Virus record (IMG/VR): IMGVR_UViG_3300027659_000033
Location: 1 to 63,887 of that record
Length of the DNA: 63,887 nucleotides
Origin: a virus
Taxonomy: Duplodnaviria > Caudoviricetes
Reading direction: 5' to 3' (one strand)
Shown here: positions 45,483 to 54,138 of the stretch, in pieces
Numbering within the stretch: position 1 is the first letter of the stretch
How the letters are laid out: every line of letters starts with the position of its first letter
Notes under the pieces: model-generated
Told to the model about the DNA's origin: nothing
Databases searched by the model: none
The model's input: only the letters and a program-made list of their open reading frames with translations
Program-made: the position numbers and the translations under genes

Positions 45483-47108
45483 TTATCGGTTTTCTAAATT
45501 TACTATTTTCGTCTGAAGAGCCTCCACTAGACTCGTAAGTTCTTTCACAGATTCAATTAATAGTGGAATTATTTTTTCGTACTTGACTGCTTTGTATCCA
45601 TCTTCACGAGTGCATACTGCGTCTGGTAATATTTCTTCAATTTCTTGCGCGATTACTCCAATATCAGAACCGGCATGTGTGTCTTGTTTAGAAGTATCCC
45701 AATCAAAAGTTATTCCATTTATTTTTCGTATTTTACTTAGCGGTTGCTCAATATTTTTAATATTGTTTTTAAGACTTCTATCAGATGTTGAATATGTAAC
45801 AACATCTCCAGTTACGCTTAGTGTACCATTTATTTTTGCTCCACCTCCAAGTGTCGCATAGTTAGTTTCAAGATCTATTTGAAGTGGCCAATAGTTATTA
45901 TACTTTTCCGAAAATAGAGAATTAAAAGCGCTTCCTCGCAGTACATAAAATTGATTGGCATCTACCTGTATCCCTCCGCTGCGACCATCGGTGTCTTGCA
46001 AGATTAAAGTCGGACTAGCATTCTGTATGACAATATTACCTGTTGTTGTAACACTAGAAGCTTTCAGTGGAGCATAGTCAGTGTCAGTTGAATTGCGTAT
46101 TTCAACTCCAGATCCACCACGAAAATGTCGTAGAAGAGTTGCGGACGCACCATCCGCGTTCAAAGCAATCAAAGCATTTCCAACTGTGTTGCATGATTCA
46201 AGTCCAGCAGATGCTTGATTAGTTTGATTAGTTGTTATAGAACGGCAAGGACCATATGTCTCCAGCGTTTTAGTTTCTCCAAAAAACTTTGCAGACACTC
46301 CTCTTTTGCCATTATAGACTGTAGTATTTAAGAAATCCGCAATATTGCTATCACTATTTTGGTAATTAAGCGCAATCTCAATACTAGTGTTTGCGGTAGT
46401 ATTAATTTGATTTTCTATAATTTCAATCGCCCCAATAAGTTGGCGCGTAGAAGTAACTGTATTTGCTGATGTTATAAAGAGTCCGCCGCCAATATTTATA
46501 TTTCCAGTTCCTGTGTTTATTATATCAAGTGCACCGTTGACTCCAGATTTGCGCAATATACGAGCATCATAGTCAACTATTGGGAAAGACGAATGAAAGT
46601 CTATATAACTATCACCAGCTACAGCTATATTGGATCCAAGATCAATTCTAGGAGGTAAAGTAACTGATGTTGATGTCCACACAGGAGCTCCAGCTGATAA
46701 TTTATCTGGAGTTATTGTTCCATTTTTAATTTTTGCACCAACGACAGCATTAGTTGCTAGTTTCGATTCACTAATTACTCCATCATTGATTGTAACTGGA
46801 ATATTAATGTCGCTAAGTCCATCAAAAGTTGGGGCCGGACTAGTCGTTGTAACATGACCAGTCACTGCTAAAACGCGAGGTGTCCGTAAGCGATCGGCTA
46901 CTGGCGAAGTTAGCACAGTTTTATCAAGAGTAATTGTACGCTGACTATTATTTGGGTCTGTAAAAACAATTCTGTTAGTATCAACGAAGGCACCGTCTAA
47001 TAAAGCAGACGATCCAAGATTCAAACTCTCGCGTATATGCCCTTTCTCTGCCTCGGTTGGAGAGTTTAATACATATGGTCCTAAATTAATTGGCGGTGGA
47101 GTTGGCAT
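45483..47108 (-). CDS. Tail fibre with C-terminal S74 intramolecular chaperone
   Basis: SDRSLKNNI, GITFDW, IGVIAQEIEEILP, KYEKIIPLLIESVKEL; late promoter at 47114-47121. Confidence 0.88.
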   Translation of the reverse strand: MPTPPPINLGPYVLNSPTEAEKGHIRESLNLGSSALLDGAFVDTNRIVFTDPNNSQRTITLDKTVLTSPVADRLRTPRVLAVTGHVTTTSPAPTFDGLSDINIPVTINDGVISESKLATNAVVGAKIKNGTITPDKLSAGAPVWTSTSVTLPPRIDLGSNIAVAGDSYIDFHSSFPIVDYDARILRKSGVNGALDIINTGTGNINIGGGLFITSANTVTSTRQLIGAIEIIENQINTTANTSIEIALNYQNSDSNIADFLNTTVYNGKRGVSAKFFGETKTLETYGPCRSITTNQTNQASAGLESCNTVGNALIALNADGASATLLRHFRGGSGVEIRNSTDTDYAPLKASSVTTTGNIVIQNASPTLILQDTDGRSGGIQVDANQFYVLRGSAFNSLFSEKYNNYWPLQIDLETNYATLGGGAKINGTLSVTGDVVTYSTSDRSLKNNIKNIEQPLSKIRKINGITFDWDTSKQDTHAGSDIGVIAQEIEEILPDAVCTREDGYKAVKYEKIIPLLIESVKELTSLVEALQTKIVNLENR

Positions 47109-47128
47109 ATACTTATTTATAAATGATC

Positions 47129-47365
47129 TTATTGAGATTTTGTTGTGTTGTCTGATACAAACTTAAATGGATTTATTATTTTTTTCTGTGCAATAAACAT
47201 GTTGCATTCTTCAAGCGTGTCTGCAACTACTAAAACTGCTGCACACATATACGAGCCACTGCCTTGAAATGGTTCGCATAATAAAATATTTGTTTCCTCA
47301 TTATAAAATAACAACCACTTGTCAGCTGTTACATCAATTATAGTTAATTTATGCTCGGTAATCAT
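47129..47365 (-). CDS. Hypothetical protein, coupled to the LRR gene
   Basis: Starts immediately after the LRR stop. Confidence 0.6.
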   Translation of the reverse strand: MITEHKLTIIDVTADKWLLFYNEETNILLCEPFQGSGSYMCAAVLVVADTLEECNMFIAQKKIINPFKFVSDNTTKSQ

Positions 47366-47366
47366 G

Positions 47367-49037
47367 CTATGGTTGGTTTATTATTACACTACACGGCCCA
47401 CCAACTCTAGAAACATTCGTAAGAGTTTGGTAGTATGCATAACCGTCTGTTGGGTTTGTAGTAGTTCTAATTGTTGCAGTACCAGACCCAACAATGGATC
47501 CGCTTGTAACAACATCGTATTGAAAAGTATCATCATTTATTACCTGTTTTACTTTAAATGTGCCCCTAAACGCGTTCTGGAGGTCAACACTAGTAACAGT
47601 AATTAGCTGGTTTTGTATATATCCATGACTAGCTAATGCTACTGTTACAATAGTATTAGTTAAACTAAAAGATGCACCACTTAATGTTTTAGTAATTCCT
47701 CCCGTATAACTTGGAACAAGGCGAGTGTCATCAATTGGCCTGACCCCTCCTAAATTTATAATTTTTTGACTAGGCCCAGCAGCTACAAATGCTTTTAAGA
47801 TCTTATCTATGGCTGCTTGCGATAAATTCGTGGCTTGTGCTTGAAAATCAGTCAAACTGTCTGGCATAACGATATTAGGATCAACTGCAGCAAATTCGTC
47901 AACTTCAGTAACACTGCAGTTAAAACTTGATAAACTTGTGCACGTATGTAACGCGGGAATGTCACCATACACCCCATTATTATTACATGCAAACACTACT
48001 AGATTTGTTAAATTTGTTAGACTTGGTATTACACTGGAAAGTAGATTACCACCACATTTAAAAGTATTTAAAGGAGGAGCCCCGTCTCCACTTATAACTG
48101 GTATTGCACCAGTTATACTATTGCCTGAGCATACAAATGACGTTAATGAATCTAAATTAACTCCCGCTAAATCTGGTATTACACCGCTCAAACCGCTATG
48201 GTTGCATTCAAATACTCGTAATGCGCTCATGCCAGAAAGACTCGGTATACTACCAGACAAATTGTTTTCATAACAATAAAAATTTTCTAAGGTCGTTATA
48301 TAATTTATGTCGTCTGGTATAGATCCAGTTAAGTTATTTCTGTAACAACTAAATATTTCAAGTTTAGGCAAAGTCGTTATGGACACTGGTATGGTACCAA
48401 TTAAATTATTTTCGAAACAATTAAATATTTTTAATTCATTGCGACCAGACAAGTCTGGTATAGTTCCGTCTAACGAATTTCTGTAGCAATTAAATGTTTC
48501 TAAAGCAGCGCAACCAGACAAGTCTGGTATGCCTCCAATATGATTATTTCCATAACAATTAAAGTTAACTAAATTAGTTAATCCACTTATTCGCGGTATT
48601 AATCCGTTGATATTATTGTTGCCATAATTAAAAATAGTTAAATTTGGAATTCCAATAGTGTTTAAATCTGGAATTGTTCCCGATAAGTTATTGTTGTATG
48701 CTCTAAAGACCGTAAGTGAATTTAAACCGCTTAAGTCTGGAATTGATCCAGTTATCATGTTGTCTCTACAATCAACTTCTTTTAGACCAGTACAGCCAGT
48801 TAGTGTCTCAAATTGATTAGACACTGCATTATCATAAAAAATTAATTTTTCAATGCTTGGCTTATTAGAGTATCCAATTAATGACACTATACCATTACCA
48901 ACGCATGTAAAGTTTTTTAAACCAGTAAACGCAGATAAATCAATTGATCCGCCAAATTTAGGTGATGTACTTCCACAATTAATATCTGTAATGCGCGAGG
49001 GGTCGCCGTCAGTTGGTCGAAGTGTAATAGCTAGCAT
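47367..49037 (-). CDS. Leucine-rich-repeat protein (plant-type LRR consensus)
   Basis: More than 10 repeats of LxxFxCxxNxLxGxIP(D/S)L; C-terminal VTVALASHG..LITV..GTFKV beta-domain. Confidence 0.88.
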   Translation of the reverse strand: MLAITLRPTDGDPSRITDINCGSTSPKFGGSIDLSAFTGLKNFTCVGNGIVSLIGYSNKPSIEKLIFYDNAVSNQFETLTGCTGLKEVDCRDNMITGSIPDLSGLNSLTVFRAYNNNLSGTIPDLNTIGIPNLTIFNYGNNNINGLIPRISGLTNLVNFNCYGNNHIGGIPDLSGCAALETFNCYRNSLDGTIPDLSGRNELKIFNCFENNLIGTIPVSITTLPKLEIFSCYRNNLTGSIPDDINYITTLENFYCYENNLSGSIPSLSGMSALRVFECNHSGLSGVIPDLAGVNLDSLTSFVCSGNSITGAIPVISGDGAPPLNTFKCGGNLLSSVIPSLTNLTNLVVFACNNNGVYGDIPALHTCTSLSSFNCSVTEVDEFAAVDPNIVMPDSLTDFQAQATNLSQAAIDKILKAFVAAGPSQKIINLGGVRPIDDTRLVPSYTGGITKTLSGASFSLTNTIVTVALASHGYIQNQLITVTSVDLQNAFRGTFKVKQVINDDTFQYDVVTSGSIVGSGTATIRTTTNPTDGYAYYQTLTNVSRVGGPCSVIINQP

Positions 49038-49128
49038 ATTACTATTTATTAAGACTTTGGTTCAACGTAAACTTCTTTATTTCGCATAACTTTAAATGCT
49101 ACTATGACCTGACTCCAGAAGCTTCCGC

Positions 49129-49197
49129 CTACGAATGGATTGCTGCCGTCCGGATTGATGCGGACGCGGTGAGGAGGAGGGCTAGGATGGTTTTCAT
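49129..49197 (-). pseudogene. Signal-peptide-like gene stub MKTILALLLTASASIRTAAIHS
   Basis: ATGA overlap with the upstream stop; lies in a GC-rich patch. Confidence 0.45.
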
Positions 49198-50078
49198 GCG
49201 GTGACGGTGTTGAGTGTGTTGAGGGCGATGTCGAAATAGACCTGTCCGATATTCAGGACGTTGTCGTTGTTGGCGTCGGTGAGGTTAGCGTAGGACAGCA
49301 CCCCGAGCGCGGCGAACAAAGCTTGCCGGTGTGCGCTGGTGGTGATGGACGCGGCGACGGTGGCGGAGGTGATGTCGCTCGTCAGGGCGATGGTTCCACT
49401 AGCATTTGGCAACGTCCAAGTTTGATTAGTTGTAGCTCCTGACTTTAATTTACCAGTTGAAGTAATAGTTTCACTAGACAAAGTTAACCAATCAATTGAA
49501 TAATCGGGGGCATTACTAATACCAAGTTGTGTTGTTCCAGAAATATTACCAAATGTTGCATGGTATGTTCCGCTATTAGTGTAAATTTTGGCGCCAAGTT
49601 CAGACTCACTACTTATTTCTGCTCCCGTTCCAGAAGAAGTGCTGTATATCCTTGCGCCGGCGCCCTGCTGGCTACTTATTATTGCTCCAGTAGCAAAAAT
49701 ACTGCTTATTTCTGCGCCGTGACCTAGAGCAGATGATATTTCCGCGCCAGCACACACCCCAGTATTAGTAAATTTTGCAGTGGCGGCTGTATTGTGGCTA
49801 GCATATATGCTATAGATATCAGCATCAATACTTTCGCTGATCACGCCATTGAAAGAACCAGAACCGTTTAAGTTACGGCGGACAATTGAATTTGGACTAG
49901 GATCAACGTCAATATCTGGAGTCTCATGAACTACAATTGTGCTGTCAAGAGTCTTATAATATATTTTATTGTCTGCATAGTTTAAAGCAAGTTCGCCATG
50001 GTCTAAAAAATCTGGAATTGGAATTGCGCCGGGTACTTGACTATTTTTTAGAACTATTTTTTTATAATCTGTTGCCAT
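49194..50078 (-). CDS. Fibre protein with Mtd/hyaluronidase-type N-terminal adaptor
   Basis: IVLKNS.VPG..P..L..GELALNYADNKIYYK; GAEISS repeats; TWTLPNASGTIALTSD. Confidence 0.75.
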   Translation of the reverse strand: MATDYKKIVLKNSQVPGAIPIPDFLDHGELALNYADNKIYYKTLDSTIVVHETPDIDVDPSPNSIVRRNLNGSGSFNGVISESIDADIYSIYASHNTAATAKFTNTGVCAGAEISSALGHGAEISSIFATGAIISSQQGAGARIYSTSSGTGAEISSESELGAKIYTNSGTYHATFGNISGTTQLGISNAPDYSIDWLTLSSETITSTGKLKSGATTNQTWTLPNASGTIALTSDITSATVAASITTSAHRQALFAALGVLSYANLTDANNDNVLNIGQVYFDIALNTLNTVTA

Positions 50079-50084
50079 ATAATT

Positions 50085-53000
50085 TTATATTTTTATGCGT
50101 GTAAAGTTTGTTCTTTTGTTCCGGGTCTCCAGGCCCACGTTAGTGGGGTCGATTGAATACCTATTATAACCAGCAAAATAAATAGTGCCATTTTTCAAAT
50201 GTAAGATTGTGTGGTAGGCCCCATTCACTTCGCTGTGTATTGCCTGTATATCAATTATATTATTGACCACTTCTGACTGCAAGTTTAAACGTAACCAGCC
50301 TCGCAGCAGATCCGGGGCACCAGCACCAGCACAACCATATGTATTAGCACCAGTTACAAATAAATAATACAGTCCATCTGACTGGCGAAATGCCTTCATA
50401 AAGTTAACTAAATTACCATAATAACCATAGCCAACCCAAAAGTCTTTTATATCATATCCAGGCGGAAGTGCTCCGATTTTTCCCCACCCATCTTCCGGCC
50501 TGCCTGCATTCGAGGACCCACCAAATTTCCCAAGAGAAGAGTGGCCCAAACACCATACTTGGTATAATGTAGTCGGCGAACTTAGAAATCCTATTGAACG
50601 CACTACAGCCTTGGTGGTATGTATACTATTTGATGTTGAACTGGTTAAAATATTAGTACCAGATGCTGAAATAGCAACAGCAGCACCAAGCCCGATGGTG
50701 GCGATCCCCGACTCTTGCTGAACACGAGTTAATAGTTTCCATTTACCATCATCATATTTAAATGTGCGGACTTCACCAGCATTTAAATTGATACTAGCCG
50801 CCCTTGGCGATCCAACTGCTAAAATTGCACCATCGCGTGAAAGTGCCACACTTGAACCACTCTTCTCTCCTCCTAGCGGCGTAAAGGCGGTCTGATAAAA
50901 TTGACGACCAAGTATATCATCGCCAAGTTGAATCCATGATGACATTTGGGAACTATAACTAAACACTCGCGTTGAACCAGCATCTGCTCCACCTATGGCC
51001 GAACCGGGAGCTCCAACCGCGAGTAAAGTTCCTGAGCCATTTAAGGAAATATTAATCGCAGTATCACCAGCAGCTCTTCCTACTATATCTCCTCCAACTT
51101 GGACCCAGACATTTGCAACTAGAGTATACACTCTCACGACGCCTGCTGTCGATATACCATATGAAGCAATAGCTATTACAGTTCCTGAGGTATTAATTGC
51201 AACCTTTATGCCACATTGTTGATTTGTTGCAGTACCAGTTATGGGGTCACCCACTGTCTCAGTTCCTGAAGCGGTTATTCGTCTAATATAGACTCTTCCA
51301 GTGCTGTTATTATGGCCTGGTGCTCCAGCGATAAATGTATTGCCATCACCCGATAATGCAACAGATGATCCCAATTTAGAGGCGTTTAACTCTCCATTAA
51401 ATGATATGCCACGCTGTGTCCATGTACTATCAATTGTAGAATAGTCATATACACGCACTTGACCAAGTTGTGTAGTTCCCACATGTTGGCCATCAGGTGC
51501 GCCTATACACAATCTAGACGCATCAGCACTTAAACTCACAGAACCACCAAACAATGAGGTAGTTTCAGAACTAATTATAGGTTGCCCATAATTTACCCAC
51601 GTGCTATTGTTATATATGTAACATTGCACCCTCGCTAAGGCAGGATCCCCAACTGAAATTATATTTCCAGAATCATCTGAACTTATTGGCGTTGTTATCG
51701 TAAAATCCCCTTGCCTGCCAGCCCTTGTAGTAGCTAGTATATCTGAACCTCTTTGGGCAATAAGGTTTTTACCTTGTCCAGAAATATAAATTGCCTCACG
51801 ACTTACAAGAGCTGTATTAACTGGTTGCGGCTGTTCAGCAGTAGTATATACTCTATCAATAGTAAAATCTTGATTGTCGAAAATAACATCAGGAGAAGAT
51901 TTATTTGTAGTAGTGAGGTTATTTCCAAAAATTTTGTTTCCGCCATAGCCCCATGCATAAAGAATGTTATTTGGTGCTTTTATGAATATTGATGTAAAAC
52001 CGCCCCAACCATTGCCATATATATCAAAACCAGTATAGTCTACAATATCTGGCAGTGTTATGGTATTAAAAGTACTATTAATTGAAATAAAATTTCCTTT
52101 ACCGCTTTGTCCATTACCACCATATCCAGACATGCGTATACCAGAAGGAGTTAGTGCAACACAAATTGTACAGTCATTAGTTCCATTCCAACCACCAACC
52201 AAGAATGCATCAAGTACATCTTCTAAGACAGGCGTATTTTCGCCGGGTGATTTAATTGCAGTTGTTGTAGATGCTCCAGAGTTTCCACGACCAAGTACAC
52301 CAAACTCATTATTACCAGATACCCACAAACGATTCGAAGTATCAATAACGGCAACATTACTAATACTACTGTCTCCTGAGATTATAACTTTACGAATTTT
52401 ATTGTTTGTGCTATAATTATAGAGTGGCGTGTAAGCCTTTGTCCAATATGCGAGTTCGACCGGGTTGTTATTTGCTAGGCCTAAATATGGCACAATATTA
52501 AACATATTATATGTAGCCTCGCCCATAACCCATAATTCTCCGTTTTCGTCTAATGCACACATGTTAGTTTGTGTGACATATAACTCAGCCGCACGACGAT
52601 TGTCTGGAAGCGGCATTTCAGTGTGTCCATATTGATCATTTGAAGGCAACCCTAGGATCGCCGGGTTTCTAGTAAAACCAAATCGGCTTTTTATATTTGG
52701 TCCAGTTATAATTGGTACGCCATCATCATTTATGTAACAAAACTCTCCAACGGAAGGAGCAGATATATATGGACTATACGCTGGGCGTGACACTAATTTT
52801 TTAACAGGACCAACTTTAAATGTTTTTGAGTCAACATAATCACGAGTAGCAACACGGGCCCGGGTATTAGGATCGCTTCCCTCATATAAGCTGCTATTGG
52901 TGTCCCATGACGGCCCTCCAAAACTTAGTTTACTAGGATCAATCGCGTTAGATGTTATTTTATCTCCACCAACTGAAAATGGAGCCACGCCAAGTTCACG

Positions 53001-53897
53001 ACTTACTGGATCAATATACAGTGTATTGTCATGCCTTAAATTTAAAATTCCAGTTCCACCACTGGCAAGTGAGAAAGACTGTAAAGATGTTCCATCTTGT
53101 ATTATATCAAAGGCATTACCACGATCTATAAAAGTGTTAACTACTGAATCTGGAGTTGCCTTTATAATTTTACCAGATGTATTTGGTAAAGTATACCACC
53201 ATGCAGAATTATACCCAACCGGTAGTCCTTGTATATCACCATTTTCAGCGGTATAAATGTTACCATACGTGTTGAGTATGAGAGCGGCGAGCTCCGGATA
53301 GTCTCCACCATTAAAACGACCTCCGCTGCAACGTAACCAATTTGATGGAACGCTGCCACCTTGAAGTGCATAGTCGATAATTGAACCAACAGGCAATACT
53401 ATATTTGTGGTAACAACCTTTGCTGCTCCTTCGCGCTGTATAACGGAAATTATGCTACTTAGCGTCTTCCATGATAAACTGCTACCAGATTTTTCTAATA
53501 TTGAAGATTCTGCTGGATTATTATTCGGAATTGTGTATAAATTTTGTCCAAGTTGTAATTCAGAATTTATTATTATTCGGTCACTAACAAATGGTCCAGT
53601 AGTTCCTAAAACCCCACTATCTTCATAGAATCCAGCAGTGCCAACTTTTAAAATTGGAAAAGCCTTTGTACCACCCGAGAAAGTTTTTGCTCCAGTTATT
53701 GTTTGAGAATCATCTAACGTAACTGTTCGTAACAACGCAGACTGCGTTTGTCCTGCGCTGTAGAATAACGGTGAAATACTATCATTTATAGTAACAAGTT
53801 GATCTATAACACCATTAGTCTTTTTACGCCAGACGTCAAAAGTATCACTATTACTAACTCCGGTCGTAGAAAACTCTGAAAATTGAATTGAATCCAT
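50085..53897 (-). CDS. Large fibre/adhesin: tail-collar domain, RCC1-like repeats and FG-GAP-like repeats
   Basis: DTFDVWRKKTN; LPVGSII..PSNWLRCSG..YPEL collar; LWVSGNNEFGVLG; GSSVALSGDGNTFIAGAP repeats. Confidence 0.8.
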   Translation of the reverse strand: MDSIQFSEFSTTGVSNSDTFDVWRKKTNGVIDQLVTINDSISPLFYSAGQTQSALLRTVTLDDSQTITGAKTFSGGTKAFPILKVGTAGFYEDSGVLGTTGPFVSDRIIINSELQLGQNLYTIPNNNPAESSILEKSGSSLSWKTLSSIISVIQREGAAKVVTTNIVLPVGSIIDYALQGGSVPSNWLRCSGGRFNGGDYPELAALILNTYGNIYTAENGDIQGLPVGYNSAWWYTLPNTSGKIIKATPDSVVNTFIDRGNAFDIIQDGTSLQSFSLASGGTGILNLRHDNTLYIDPVSRELGVAPFSVGGDKITSNAIDPSKLSFGGPSWDTNSSLYEGSDPNTRARVATRDYVDSKTFKVGPVKKLVSRPAYSPYISAPSVGEFCYINDDGVPIITGPNIKSRFGFTRNPAILGLPSNDQYGHTEMPLPDNRRAAELYVTQTNMCALDENGELWVMGEATYNMFNIVPYLGLANNNPVELAYWTKAYTPLYNYSTNNKIRKVIISGDSSISNVAVIDTSNRLWVSGNNEFGVLGRGNSGASTTTAIKSPGENTPVLEDVLDAFLVGGWNGTNDCTICVALTPSGIRMSGYGGNGQSGKGNFISINSTFNTITLPDIVDYTGFDIYGNGWGGFTSIFIKAPNNILYAWGYGGNKIFGNNLTTTNKSSPDVIFDNQDFTIDRVYTTAEQPQPVNTALVSREAIYISGQGKNLIAQRGSDILATTRAGRQGDFTITTPISSDDSGNIISVGDPALARVQCYIYNNSTWVNYGQPIISSETTSLFGGSVSLSADASRLCIGAPDGQHVGTTQLGQVRVYDYSTIDSTWTQRGISFNGELNASKLGSSVALSGDGNTFIAGAPGHNNSTGRVYIRRITASGTETVGDPITGTATNQQCGIKVAINTSGTVIAIASYGISTAGVVRVYTLVANVWVQVGGDIVGRAAGDTAINISLNGSGTLLAVGAPGSAIGGADAGSTRVFSYSSQMSSWIQLGDDILGRQFYQTAFTPLGGEKSGSSVALSRDGAILAVGSPRAASINLNAGEVRTFKYDDGKWKLLTRVQQESGIATIGLGAAVAISASGTNILTSSTSNSIHTTKAVVRSIGFLSSPTTLYQVWCLGHSSLGKFGGSSNAGRPEDGWGKIGALPPGYDIKDFWVGYGYYGNLVNFMKAFRQSDGLYYLFVTGANTYGCAGAGAPDLLRGWLRLNLQSEVVNNIIDIQAIHSEVNGAYHTILHLKNGTIYFAGYNRYSIDPTNVGLETRNKRTNFTRIKI

Positions 53898-53902
53898 TAT
53901 GT

Positions 53903-54133
53903 TTATTTATTCTCTTTTTTTGCTAATAATTTGATTATTTCTTCTTTCCAAAGCAATAATTCTTCAACTTTTCTATTTAACTCGGCAATTAACTGCTCTT
54001 GACTGCGCATACGTTTTTTACGACGTACCGCAGACGCATAAGCAGTTATATCAGAATTTAATATTGCACCCGAAAAGGAATCTCTCTCTAATGAAGGATT
54101 GTCTTCTACTTTTATTTTTTTATGAGTTGCCAT
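53903..54133 (-). CDS. Conserved small protein of T4-like phages
   Basis: IKVEDNPSLERD..SGAILNSD followed by a coiled coil. Confidence 0.75.
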   Translation of the reverse strand: MATHKKIKVEDNPSLERDSFSGAILNSDITAYASAVRRKKRMRSQEQLIAELNRKVEELLLWKEEIIKLLAKKENK

Positions 54134-54138
54134 AAATT

